A stretch of DNA of 64,000 nucleotides. It comes from Octopus sinensis (lineage: Eukaryota). The notes beneath the pieces are model-generated. The model saw nothing but the letters and a program-made list of their open reading frames with translations, was not told where the DNA came from and searched no databases. Below, piece after piece: positions 13,983 through 27,144 of this stretch. Within the stretch, counting starts at the first letter, position 1; every line of letters starts with the position of its first letter. The position numbers and the translations under genes were made by a program. Where the stretch lies: positions 158,286,001 through 158,350,000 of the forward strand of contig NC_042997.1 in assembly GCF_006345805.1 (NCBI RefSeq), in the 5' to 3' direction.

Positions 13983-16900
13983 ATAATATATTCTTCATAT
14001 CTTGGGCACTTTTTATATGTAAACACATGTGAATATGTAATTATTTTAATTAATAAATAGATAAAATTAGGAATTTCGAATATACAAAGATAACTTCTTC
14101 GAAATGATAAGATTATTTAAAAAAGAAACGGCATTTTTTCTAAAGTAAAACCCAACGATTTCTTATTGAATTCCATCATTGATTTCCAACTGAAAATTCA
14201 CAATCTCTTTTCACGTTACCTTAATACTGTTATCGGTTGGTATTTACTTTAATTCATCCGGAATGAGAAGCCCATAGCAAGGATAATATGCCTTTCATAC
14301 GTAAGTGTTAAATGGCAGTATTCATCTGTTAAGAATTTCACATTCAAAACATAATTCGTTGAAAAAACAAAATTATTCTCACATCTACAAATAGTTATTT
14401 ATGTGCGTATCTTGTCAGTTTTGCATCTATTTACCAAGATATAAAGGTAACATCAATGAGGTTAAAAAAAGAATCACGTTACTCTCCGTATGATTTATAA
14501 GCATAATTGGAGATAGTTTAATATGGAAACAGCTGGTCGATGTATGGCAGAAATGGATGAGTGAAAAGTAAGATATGTTGCAGCATTTAGTTTCTTAAAT
14601 TTACGGAGTGCACAAAATGAGGTTCATTTTGTCTATCATCATTACGAATTCGATAATATTTGAGTATTCTGGTTGATCTAATAGAACATACACATCTCTT
14701 GAATTTCAAGACCTATTAGTATCTTTGAAGGCAATATTGTAACGATATGTAAACAAATCAGGCGAAAGTACGAATATATCAAATAAGGAAAATATTGTAC
14801 GTATGATATTTTCTATTTCATGTTTGTTTTTTTAATCTCCTCATCGCACATGCTATTTCAATATATATTCAAATTGCATATGCAACGTTTCAAGAAGCTT
14901 TCAAAACTATACATATACACAACAGTCATATATATCCATCAATAGATAGGTCGGTAGATAGATGCACATATGAATATATGTACGTATGTATATATTCATA
15001 CGCATAGTTCTATTTACATATAAATATTTTTATTACATACACACACATTTATCCGCTAAATACGCATATATACAAATAATGCTTGGTTACTAAGAAGAGA
15101 AACGGAATATTAATTGCCTTGACCTAAATGCATGTGTTTATCGACTATTTACACTAGATATACAGTTAGGTATGTTAACTGGATTTCAAAGCATTAGTAA
15201 GTACTACTTGAAATAACAGATCAATCTGTCTTTAAGACGGTGAACGTCGTCTTAAAAAAGAGAGGTAATTTTGATACTGCAATCTTACACAAGATTCTAA
15301 TGTAATATGGGAAGGTTACGAGCAGAAGTTCTAGACCATAGGTTTGCGCATTTAGGTCAGACCTGGAACTTAAAAACAATCGATAAAACAATCATTGCAT
15401 TATTCTCTAACTTTATGTCTCTTTAGTTCTATGATATATTTACTCACTCCAAAACACCTGACTGTATTTAAATTAACTAGTTCAACTAAATTGCAGCTAT
15501 GGACACACAATAAATATTTCCGTTCTCTATAACCATTAAATTACAATTATTTGAGCTTTTATTTCCTTTGTTTGTATTTGCAGTAGCAGTCCTTCTTCAT
15601 AGTGTTAGAAAGGTTGTTTTAGCAGTTTGCATGCTTTCCACTCTTTCTCTTGCCTTTCTCTAGTTTCTTCCTTGTATATGTGTGTGTTTGTGCGTGTGTG
15701 TGGTTGTGTATGTGTGTGTGCACGTGTGTGTGTGTGTGTGTGTTACTGTCGCTGTTTGTGAACGTTATTGCTGTCGCTCTTGCTTATTAATACTGGTAAT
15801 GGATGCAAACTTTTTTTTTCTAGCCAGGCTTGGTGTATTATGTATTATTCTTTGTCTGATATCATATATAAATCAAGACTTGCACGCTATTGACGCTTGT
15901 CATTGAAATCCTGCCAGATTTCTTTGCTTTATGGGTATATTTCCAACCCAGTTCGTTTACAGTTAGTAGTAAGCGTTGTTGAAGATCCACTAAGTAGTGA
16001 ATTGTAGAGAGATGTTTAATCGCTCTGGACTTTGACTGCTAATAGCATTAATCTGTCAGATGAAATATGTCCATAATTTGGAAAAAAATATTCCATAATC
16101 TTTTTGCATTGTATGATGAAATGCAATAACGATCATAAAATGAATGTGCATACATATAAACTCACTCACACATCTATATATGCATGCATTTATATATATA
16201 TATACATAAATATATACAGATATATAGATACATATATTCGCATATATATATGTATGTATATATATATAAATATATATATATATATACAGTGAAAGTGCAA
16301 TAAGAAAAGATATCGAGGGATAGAGAAACCGATAGATTTACAGATAAAATTCTCAAGCGATCAGCCGATCTTATATATAGATACGTTATCAGCAAATACA
16401 TAAAAAAGGGAACAGGGATTAATTATACAAACAGCAAACCACACATTTATGTAGGCAGGTATGAAAATTTGTGTGTATCTGTGCGTGAGTGTGTGAGTGC
16501 GTGCGTTTCTGCGTGTGAGTATGTGTGTGTCTGCGTATGTTTGTGTATGCGTATGTGTGTGTGATATCTACACTGACAATGGGATTGAATGCCAAAACAG
16601 ACGAAGAAATTCAGGGATAGCAATGTGCGTTGATGTTTAAATAAATACAAGTGTAGTTGAATTAAGTATCCGTTTGTTGAAAGTCTTGGCAAGCGTATAC
16701 TTTTAAGTACATAATTTCCATAAATCAATACTTTAGCAAATAAACTGGCCGTTCCATAAAAAACGAACATTTCCCATACATTGACATGTAGGCAGTAATA
16801 TCAATTGAAATGAAATATGTAAATATATGCACCAACATAGATGAGGACTAAGCAAATCAAGCTAAAAGATGACCAAGATTGACTTAATACATAAAGAGCG

Positions 16901-17989
16901 CATGTGCCATATTTAATAAGATATGTTTACATTCAAGAAATGAGACACAATACAATTCTCTGAATGAATGTAATATAGTATCAGTATTCCACTTGACAAT
17001 ATGATAATGTATTATGAAGCTAATGACAATGCTATGTTCATTTAAATAGCATCGGTTGAAAGTGCACATGTAAAGAACGCGTTAAGTGACACTTCTATAT
17101 AAGGAGTTACCTAGAAATTATGTATCTTTAATATATATGGTAAATTTTAATTATTATTTCATCTCAGTTTATAAATATATATATATATATACATATGTAT
17201 TTGTGTGTGTCTGTGTGTGTGTATTGATATAAATCTTGCAGACTAACTTTTATTGTATTATATTTCAAGCAGGGAGGTATGGCTGTCGTATTCTCAACAT
17301 AAATACATAAACATTAGATAGGTCTCTATGCATAATTCTCTTTCTTTCTGCTTATAAATGCCATATATTGACATACACACGAACGCACGAATACCCAAAC
17401 ACATACGCGTATACACACGTGTGCATATACTCTTAGACGCATTTGCATATGTACAGCTTCCATAAGTGTGAATAATATATTATTGATTTACAAATTTAGT
17501 TTATGGGTAAATTTATGTACATAAATAAATATATAATTACTTCAATTCCTTATAAATATAATCGAACTATTTAAATTTCTTTTGTCTTCAAAAAGGTCTG
17601 ACATCAATGATATATCACTTTGATATAAATTGATACCGCTTACATTTGTACATATAACATTTACCAAGATATTCCTTAGAAGCTCTTAAATTTTTGATAA
17701 TAGGACAGTATAAATGATATTTTATTGAACGTTGTAAAAATAACAATACAAGTGAACTAGTTTAAGCCATGTACGTCTTTAACAATAAACAAAGTCTATA
17801 GTTATATATTTGCGTGGTCTTGTGCACACCTGTAAAGATTCTGTTGAATATGAATAACCCATTGCAATAAATTATAATCCACTTCCTATGATTCACATTG
17901 ACTTCAGATTTAAGGATAAAATTATTGAATAGCATAACAATTACATTCATTCTATGCATAAGGCTGTGATTTGTTTTTGATGATGGTGA

Positions 17990-18140
<151 letters not shown>

Positions 18141-19699
18141 ATGAGAAATTACGATAAATAAAGAAACACAAATTTATAATACTTCTTCCGACGTGCATTT
18201 TATCATTGTTGTCTGTAGAACACTGCATTGAACGTTCCAAGTGCAATTGAAGGCTTAATCATAGTGAATCCTCAGAGCTCACTTTATGGCATTATGTTAA
18301 AGGAAACTAATGTCAACAGTGGTGTCGATGGTGATGAAAATGAGAGATGAAACGAGAAAAGAAGGTATAATAAATAATAGATGAATACCATAATATTCTA
18401 ATTTAGAAATATAAGTATTTATTTACAAATATATCTATGCAAAAAATAATAATGATTTTTTTCTGATTTGTCATAAAAGAAGCAATGAGAAAATTGATAA
18501 AAATGACTGTCAAAAGACTGCCCCTCGAAACAGCAGTAAATTTTTCCTGAATTAAACTTGCAACAAATCATATTTAAGTAAGATATAACAGCAAAAAGCT
18601 GGCGAGGAGAAACAAGTAGAATGAATACTGAAAAGGAAAACAAGAAATGTTCTAATATAAACTCCTCTATAAATATTTTTCAGGAAAAACGTCCTTAGTC
18701 ATAAATGAGCAAAATGATCAACTCGGTATCAAGAAGCAATGATGATGTTTGTTAAATATTGTGAATGCAGTAAGAAACCTTATTAGCGTTTCAGGCTGGA
18801 TTAAATAGATGGTGTTAGTTAAAAAAGTTTAATGTATACAATAACATTTGTATCGTCATTTATGTTTTATAGACATTATAGAATAAACTGAGAATGAACT
18901 AAACAGAACAGGAGGATATACGTGAGATGGTGGGTCGCTGAAGTGGTCACAGGATGTGTAACGAGAGATTTCTAGGCAAAGGACATAAAATGAGAGTAAT
19001 AATAGATCTGAAGTAAAGAACGCATATATAGTGCGTGTTTTTTGTTTGGCAAAAAAAGAGACCATCCTGAAACATAAAGATATCTGTTATATTTCACACC
19101 AGGAATATCGCATAACAAATACATAAACAGATACATAAATGTAAGAATTAAGTTTATATTTGATAAATTATTCCAGTACCTATGGAAACTATTTTACAAT
19201 TGAAGAAATAACAACGACGAATGTTGAATAGCATGGGTCTTCTAAAGATACTGCACCAAAAATTATCTAGATTTTAAAGTAAATGAGAACAAATATCGGA
19301 CATCCTCTTTCAGATATCATTGTGAACGGAATGAAATGTAAGTTTAGAAATTAAGTGTCAAGTCCGCTTCTAAGGAGATAACGATTTTGACAAATGACTC
19401 CTCTCATAATTTTCCAAGGCCTTTTATATTTGTCATACATCAGTATAATAGAAAATAAAACGAATCTGAGGTGATATGCTTACTTATAATATCGCAATAA
19501 AATGACTTCTAAATAGTTGTTGCCATTCTAGAAATCACAAAAGTGTGACACCAGAGTGCAGTGCAAATAAGTCAAACATTACAACATACCTCAGTGTTTA
19601 GCAAATATTTTCATACATTTAGCTTGCTATCGTAAGCAATTCTGAACTACAAATAAATACACCAAGCAATGAACCATGATCCAGTTGACGTGTGTGTAA

Positions 19700-20300
19700 G
19701 TTAGACAGCTAGATTTGCCAGAAACTGTTCATATACAAACACCGTACAGTTACATGTCATGCGGTCAACCAAGCAAGAAGCTTTCTCAATGCGTATACTG
19801 AGTACAGAGCTAGCGTTCTCCAAAACATGAGAAAACGTTCCACAAAATTGTTGTAGAAACGTTTGGCAATGTACCAGAAGGGTCACTTGAGGTTTGGAAG
19901 GCTGGAAATCATGACAGCCATGTGAAACCGAAGGTACGCTATGCACATTGTCTTACAGGAGTTGCCCTGCAGGGTGAATATCACACAGGTTTTTCTGTGT
20001 GGGTCAGATTCAACAGGCATTTTAAGCATTCTTTTGTTCTTCGTAGTTGCAGCACTGCTCTGAAAAATCCACTTAAGTGTCTTGAGGTTTAGAGACTTTG
20101 TGTGAAGAATGTGAGCAGACATACCTAAAATGATAGTTTCTGCCAACAGCCTAGCAGTTCCTGAAAGGGCAGGTATGAAGAATGTGTACTGGCTTAAAAG
20201 TTTTAAAACTTTGCCCATTTGGCTGACTTGAATTGCTGCCATAGTGTCCAGGGAAGAAGGAGGAGTTTGTCAAAAAGTAGCAATGGAGCTCCGGTTGAAT
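19700..20300 (-). mobile_element. Possible highly decayed RTE-like LINE 3' fragment
   Basis: Higher-complexity, GC-richer stretch. Minus-strand frames give weak resemblance to the RTE C-terminus (VPSVSHGCHDF vs LLYGCETW; HVLENASSVLSI vs EVLERAxxxSI). Weak evidence. Confidence 0.3.
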
Positions 20301-20489
20301 GGGGTGATAGATGCAGAAACAGTCACGCTTTGTTAAATGTGTTCTATATCACACTATATATCCAGCAGGTACAACATACTCTATCTCCATGAAAATATTT
20401 CTACTGGAATATATTTGTTTCAATTCAAGGTTACTACTGACGTTCTGTTCGACAACAATACATCACTTGAAAGTAAATAATAGTTTCTA

Positions 20490-20690
20490 ACATAAGTACA
20501 GGAACTTAAAATTCGGAGATGGAGTAGTCGATGATATTTACCTAACTATTTGACTCTTACATAATTTTCCTGACTTAGGAATAACGAAAAGCAAAGAAAG
20601 ACTTCGATTTCAGAATGTAAAGTGTCAGAACATATACAGCATAGCTTGTTATCAGGTATTCAAACAACTCTGCTAAGTCAACGCCGCTAT
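20490..20690 (-). mobile_element. Old Nin-type SINE remnant
   Basis: Loose match to the reverse complement of younger copies (gtagtcgatgatattt, aaagcaaag, tcagaatgtaaag). Confidence 0.45.
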
Positions 20691-21055
20691 TGTAAGTAAA
20701 TACTGGAAAATATATTTTGTTATTTCGGTCATTTAGTTGCAGGACACCAAAGACTGAACCAATCTATAATGAAAGGCATTTCTGTACGACTATTTCCTTT
20801 CAATTTATCAGTTCAATTTGAAATATATTATTCTATCATTTTATTCTAAATTTTAATCTATCATTTAATCTGTCATGTCGTGAATTTCCTTTTTTTATTT
20901 TATATTATGCTTTATTTTATTTATTCTTAAATTTACTGTCTTTGTATTCATCCATTTCGAATATCATTGTAATTCTGCCTGTCAGTCCATAAGTTAACAC
21001 GTCCTGTACGCTCTGTTAGAAAGTTATCACTGAAAATTAGTTTTATTATCATTGT

Positions 21056-21275
21056 TAATGAGACAGTGAGCTGGCCGGGCAAAAATCGTTCGCTCGCCGG
21101 GCAAAATGCTTAGCTGTATTTCTCCTGGCTTTATGTTCAAATTCCGCCAAATCGACATTACTTTTCAACTTTTCGTGATTGATAAAAATATGTACCAGTC
21201 GAGCACTGGGGCCGATGTAATCGGATTACACCTTCCCACGTACTCTCTTACCTTGTGCCAAAATTTGTAACTATT
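21056..21275 (+). mobile_element. Nin-type SINE, degenerate
   Basis: gagctggc, ccgggcaaaatgcttagc, gttcaaattccgcc, gataaaaatatgtaccag, gatgtaatcg. Confidence 0.8.
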
Positions 21276-21283
21276 TTTTTAAT

Positions 21284-21505
21284 TAAGACTGCGAGTTTGC
21301 AGAATCCTTATTAATACGCCCGGTAAAATGATTAGCAGCATTTTTCCCATCTTTACTTTATGAATTCAAATTGCGCTGCGGTCAACTTTACCTTTCTTCT
21401 TTTCTGGATCGGTGAAATAAGAACCAGTTTAGCACTGGGTCGATGTAATCGTCTCTTCCCTCTCACAACATTTTAGGACTTGCACCTACAATAAAAAAAT
21501 TTATT
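21284..21505 (+). mobile_element. Nin-type SINE, degenerate
   Basis: gcagaatc, gtaaaatgattagcagc, gtcaactttacctttc, cactgggtcgatgtaatcg. Confidence 0.75.
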
Positions 21506-21699
21506 AGGTCAGCAAGATAACAGAACCATTTGAAGATACGGACAAAATGTTTCACGGCGTCCTTTTCAGCTCTTTCCATCCTTAGTTGAAATTCCACAGA
21601 TGGCAACTTTGCTTTCCTTAATTTAGAAATCCATAAAATAATTACTATTTGATACCTGGTGATGATATAATCGACAAGATCCCACAAAAAAAAGAACTA

Positions 21700-21908
21700 T
21701 TAAAGCTGCCAAATTGTGGAATACTTAATACAACGGATAAAATGCTTGGCGGCATTTCTTCCCGCTTTACGTTCGGAGTTCAAATTGGATGAAGTTGACT
21801 TTACCTTTCATCCTTTAAAGATTGTTAAAATAGTTAAGCAGTGGTGTAGGTGCAATCGACTAGCCCTTTTCCACAAATTTCAGGCCTATAGCAGAAAGGA
21901 TTTATGAT
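21700..21908 (+). mobile_element. Nin-type SINE, degenerate
   Basis: aaatgcttggcggcatttc, ggagttcaaatt, gttgactttacctttcatccttt, tail aaatttcaggcctatagcagaaaggatt. Confidence 0.75.
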
Positions 21909-22612
21909 TACGAACAGAAAAATCGCCTGGAGGGTCGTATTTGTTTGTGTATATGAATTTGTATATATATATATATATATATATATATACAAATACAAAC
22001 GACTTCTGTCCACTCACCCTCCAGAGAGATTAAATTTGGAGTGCCATGATTGTGACTAAACATGTTCACTCATCGTGCCGGCCTTTTTTAGGCGACAATT
22101 ATACTATCACGTGACACTAATAGAGGTATGGGGAAACGTACAAAAGGTTATAAACTTAATCATGTTTTCATTCTCAACAAAGACTTGCTAGAAAGCATTC
22201 AGAGCATTGATTGTTTAGAAATGTTCAGTCAACCGTGTCAGTCTTAACCTATGACGCCAAACATCATCACTTGATACTAACACAGAGACGTAGCGAAGAG
22301 CCTAAAGAATTTCGAAGGCTAGTCATGTGACTATACTCTTTCAATTAAATCCTATTCAAAACATATACTAATTTGAGCCATGAATTCTCTATAAAAATAG
22401 GGCAAACATAAAACACTAGTAAGAAGCAAGACAGCTGCGACCTAAGCCACGTTTTTCTATTTCAACGTTTTGAAAATCAGTGTAAACTGTGAAACCGGAT
22501 AAAGCTTTAAATATATTAATAAAAAAATATATTAAGTATTATCTGTGCATTTGCAACTTCTATTTTTCCTATATTTCTGCCCCATCTTCGTTTTCTCTCA
22601 CTCTCACTCTCA

Positions 22613-22651
<39 letters not shown>

Positions 22652-22715
22652 AAACGTACTTGGAAGAGGAAACGTGGCATTCAATCATGTAACATTATAT
22701 ATATATATATATATA

Positions 22716-23514
22716 TATATGCGCATATATACATACGTACATATACATACATCTATACGTATATACATGCATATGTGGGCGGCCATCTTTCTTCTCCTAA
22801 CTGGTGTTTCTTTCTTTTCATCTTTCTCTCTCTCTTATTCTATTACTTCTCCCATTATGCTATCGTATTGATCTTTCGTTTTTTCTCTCTTTTTCTAACT
22901 ACTTCCCCTTCTCCCCTTCTGTTTTTTCACACTTTTCCTATCTCCAATTTTTCCCTCACCTTCACAATTGTCTGCCTGTCACTCTCTCTCCCTCAATCTT
23001 CCTCCCTTGCTCAGGTGGCTCCCACGTGACGACAGGCCATCCTTTTTCTCCTAACTTGTGTTTCTTTCTCTCCGTTGTAGCTAGATCACAGAAGACGTGT
23101 TCTTGTCTGTTTCCTGTCCAAGCTTGATTTTCGCGTTCGCCACCACAACCTCGATAAGGCTTCCTCCTTGTTTTCCCTGTCCTGTTTGTGTTACTAATTT
23201 TGACCCTCCGCAAAATACTAAATCTTATTTAATTTGCTTTGCGGGATCAACTGTTTTATCGAAAGCGTGTATTGTTGTTAAATACTCGAAATGCGAGAGT
23301 AGAAAAACAGCCAACAACTGATGAAGGGTCGTTATTTGTGTTGTTTGTCTAGTTTTCCACTTGCGTGCTTGTTGTTCGAAACAATAGTTCATATTCCATG
23401 TACTCGTACTCGTACTTCGTATTTTTTGTTCTACACATTTCGTGACGTCCTGTTCCCACATATGCATATATATACGTATAGATGTATGTACATATACGTA
23501 TGTATATATGCATA
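22716..23514 (+). mobile_element. Element bounded by about 60-bp inverted repeats, probably Penelope-related
   Basis: 22716-22779 and 23455-23514 are inverted copies (both translate HTSIRIYMHMW on opposite strands). The interior contains aacagccaacaactgatgaaggg. Confidence 0.55.
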
Positions 23515-23541
23515 TGTATGTCTGTATACATATATATATAT

Positions 23542-23590
<49 letters not shown>

Positions 23591-23970
23591 TGTGTGTGTG
23601 TATATATACAAAAGGAAAGTGGGTGAATGGGAGTAAAAACACAGAGGAATCGTGTGTGTGAGAGAGAAGTGAGTAAACATGAAAAATGTATGTCAAGAGA
23701 TGATAAGATATTCAGTAGCTGCCTGTCACTGGGAAGTGCAGATAATGTCAGGGAAAATCAGAGAGGAATTTAGAGATAGGATGAAAATATTCAGTTAGAA
23801 CTAGTGAGAGCAACTCAACAAATACATACAGGGAAAGTGTGTCATGGTGTGGGTTTGCTTGAGTTTTGGTATCGACAATTTTATTACGAATTCGATAAAT
23901 TTCGGCTATAAATCTGTCGACAAACAGAAACTTTTATAACTCCTATATTATATGTATTTATAATATAATA

Positions 23971-24019
<49 letters not shown>

Positions 24020-24035
24020 ATACATATATATATAT

Positions 24036-24260
24036 ATTGTTATATTTCGGAATGGTCATATTGCCAGTTTAGCCAATAAAAACACACGCACTATATATTT
24101 GGTGTTATTTTGCTTCAGTGTTATTTATCTTTTACATTAATCTTAATCTTATTTCGGGCAGAGTTTTTTCGTCACACTCCTGTGACTGCATCAGTGGTCC
24201 TTTGTTTTCTTCTTTCTTATTTGTGTCTCTCGTTACTAAACGTCAGCCATTTTGTAATTA

Positions 24261-24270
<10 letters not shown>
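24036..24270 (-). mobile_element. Short interspersed repeat between (TA)n arrays with hammerhead-like core (possible Penelope terminal repeat)
   Basis: Reverse complement of 24155-24200 reads ccactgatgca-gtcaca-ggag-tgtgac-gaaa; bounded by (TA)n on both sides. Confidence 0.4.
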
Positions 24271-24299
<29 letters not shown>

Positions 24300-24353
24300 T
24301 ATATATATATAACAAAGTTGAGTTGTGGGGTATCGCACGAGTGGAATTATATA

Positions 24354-25324
24354 CGAAACAAGGTTTGAAAATGCAATTTAAAAGATGTTTATTTACTTTA
24401 CCGGTTTCACTCTTTGGAAAAAGATTATCAAAAGTAACATGTGGAAGTTTGGTTGCGTTAATTATTGGTTGTTGCAAATTGCTACATTACAAATATATAT
24501 ACAGTCTTTGGAAACAGGGACATGTTAAGGACATAAAAAAGTACAACAGTATGTTGAGAATATAAAGAGGTTTAACAAGCTCATTGAAAAACTGAGCAGA
24601 AAAGATTAAAACAAATATATTATACATCTCAGGGTAATTTCCAGGAGGAATTATTAAAAGAGCACACATATATACACACGCAGCACCATGTCAAATGCCA
24701 TCCACACACATACATGCGTACACACACACACAAACACACACACAACACCATGATAACCACACACACGTTTGACAAACAGACACCATCTGACCAAATACTA
24801 TAGACACACAGACACATCTAGTCACACCACATGTATATTTATGCACGCACACATACACGCAGAGACACGCATATTCACCTCATCCTAACCCCCAAATCAT
24901 TGATGCTTGAAGGAAAGCCAAAATAAGAAAAGAAACTGCTAAAACGGACAGGTCAGTAACAACCTCGCCACTACATTAATGTAAATCTTTTTGAATTCAT
25001 AATATTCTGTACTGAACTCTTTTAATAATTCCTCCTGGAAATTACCCTGAGATGTATAATATATTTGTTTTAATCTTTTCTGTTCAGTTTTTCAATGAGC
25101 TTGTTAAACCTCTTTATATTCTCAACATACTGTTGTACTTTTTATGTCCTTAACATGTCCCTGTTTCCAAAGACTGTATATATATTTGTAATGTAGCAAT
25201 TTGCAACAACCAATAATTAACGCAACCAAACTTCCACATGTTACTTTTGATAATCTTTTTCCAAAGAGTGAAACCGGTAAAGTAAATAAACATCTTTTAA
25301 ATTGCATTTTCAAACCTTCTTTCG
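24354..25324. mobile_element. Foldback/MITE-like element with about 309-bp terminal inverted repeats and TA flanks
   Basis: Arms 24354-24662 and 25017-25324 are reverse complements with about 3 differences seen by eye. Ends are TA|CGAAA(C/G)AAGGTTTGAAAATGC. Confidence 0.9.
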
Positions 25325-25331
25325 TATATAT

Positions 25332-25404
<73 letters not shown>

Positions 25405-25442
25405 TTATATATACTTACACACACACATACACACACACACAG

Positions 25443-25474
<32 letters not shown>

Positions 25475-25487
25475 GCATGCATATGTA

Positions 25488-26262
25488 TTCCAGAAGTATT
25501 CAGATTTTTATAGGAGAAGCAGTTCTCAATGTCCTAGATTATTACAACCTTACTATCGCATTACAATACACCAAATAAATTGACCTGCCAACTTTTATCT
25601 TTCTAGATTGAAAGTGTTTGCTGTTGGAACAGCATTTTTAATATATCCTGCTAAACACTGACTAGGTTGAAGAATGCCATCGGGACATTTGGAATATCAT
25701 TATGACAAAGGTTTGTATTAAAGAGGGTAAAAAAGATGCAGCTACTTATGAAATGATCCAGAACGCTTATCGATTAACTTCCGCTGATACAGAAGGTTCA
25801 CAGGCGGTTGGGAGGTGATGAGAGACAATGAGAATTGTGGAAGTGAGAGGGACACAAGACATCAAAGCAAGTGGAAAAAATATCTGCAATTTTCAGAATG
25901 AAGCACATGATATGTCTATAAAGATAATAAACGTACAATTTGGAGTCTGTTGCGGCCACAATAAAGAGAATTATTCTTGATCTGAGCAGGCACAACATTT
26001 GTGTAAAGTCTATTCCCAGGGTTCTCAGGCTGGAGCATCCAGGTAAACTACTTGTGGATGAAGGATACGGTGACAGCGTTCCTGGCCACTTTCATTTGGA
26101 GGATTTCCATGTGTCCTTCAGGAAAATGACTGGAGTTTTATAACAAGTAGATTGAAGTCAGAGAATCCTCCTTTGAATGTGATTAGAATTTTGTACTTCT
26201 TTAGAATTATAAACCTCTCTTTACAAAAATTATGAACACTTCTGGACTGCACCTAGAGTGTA
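25488..26262 (+). mobile_element. Internally deleted mariner transposon remnant
   Basis: KVCIKEGKKDAATYEMIQNAY (N-terminal HTH-like), DLSRHNICVKSIPRVL (WVPREL-like), LEDFHVSFRK and IEVRESSFECD* (C-terminus). ccagaagt.ttca occurs inverted near both ends. Confidence 0.7.
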
Positions 26263-26276
26263 TAAGTATATATATA

Positions 26277-27144
26277 CAGGGTGCGATTGGTAAATTGTCG
26301 TCACTTTATATTATTTGCTTCGCGCATGCGTATTGATTGTTTTTGATTTTGTCGACTACAAAATATAGTACCGTCTTTTGGGTACCGTCTGTGAGAAAAG
26401 CAGCACCATGATGTAATACACCTTGGCAGAAATTTGGAAACGGCATGCTGTACTGCTTGACTTTCGCGCCGGAAGCTCCAATGCGAACATTTCAGAGTGC
26501 TTGGGTGTCAATCTGAGGACAGTGCAATCTGAGAACATGTACCGAGTGTGATAAAAATCAAACATCCAGCCAACATCATGGTGTTTGGAGAGATGACGAG
26601 TGATGGCGACGTTATGCCTCCATTCATCTTCTCACACGGCCTCGACTCAACATGGCAGCCTACATCAAATGTCTGGAGGAGGTAGTGCTGCCTTGGGTCA
26701 AGAGAGTGGCTGCTAGAAGACCCTATGTCTGGCAACAGGACCCTGCACCATGCCACACAAGCAGAAGAACCCAGTCATCGCTGTCAGACAATTTCTGCGA
26801 CGAGATCAACCCTAACATCTCTTCACCTAACTCCCTAGACTACAACCCACTTCATTACTATGTGTGAGGCGCATAGTAGACCAATAAAACTTCTTGAACT
26901 GAAGGCAAGGATTATGACAACATTCAGCAACTTAAACAAGGAGACCATGCAGATGAGTTGCAAGAGATTCCGAAGTCTTTTGGAGGCCATGGTTGAAGCC
27001 ATTGGCGATTTTATTGAATAGAATTATTCTTTAGTATTTCAAGATATTTTTATGTAATTTTGGTGAATATATCTATTAATATGAGATGTCTGTGTTATTT
27101 TCATATTTGCGTAATTTAGACGACAGTTTATACACTACTCTCTG
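26277..27144 (+). mobile_element. Internally deleted DD37D (maT-type) Tc1/mariner element
   Basis: TA|CAG...CTG|TA ends with imperfect TIRs (taaa.tgtcgtc). Peptide YVWQQDPAPCHTSRRTQ...NPLHYYV has 37 residues between the second D and the third catalytic position (D to H here). The first-D region is deleted. Confidence 0.85.

Noticed and set aside
14510-14567. Possible exon IWKQLVDVWQKWMSEK with a GTAAGA donor
   Set aside because: No polypyrimidine acceptor and no recognisable homology.
15799-15906. Short hydrophobic, signal-peptide-like ORF (MDANFFFLARLGVLCIILCLISY)
   Set aside because: Hydrophobic ORFs are expected by chance in T-rich DNA; no gene context.
18219-18350. Good acceptor followed by a 43-codon open frame (or EHCIERSKCN*)
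   Set aside because: No homology and no partner exons; needs RNA-seq.
21926-22023. Short inverted match (ctggaggg, gtcgt.ttg) around (TA)n
   Set aside because: Short and gapped, and overlaps probable SINE debris.
23318-23380. CTGATGAAGGG...TTCGAAAC as a hammerhead
   Set aside because: No plausible stem II or III between the core halves.
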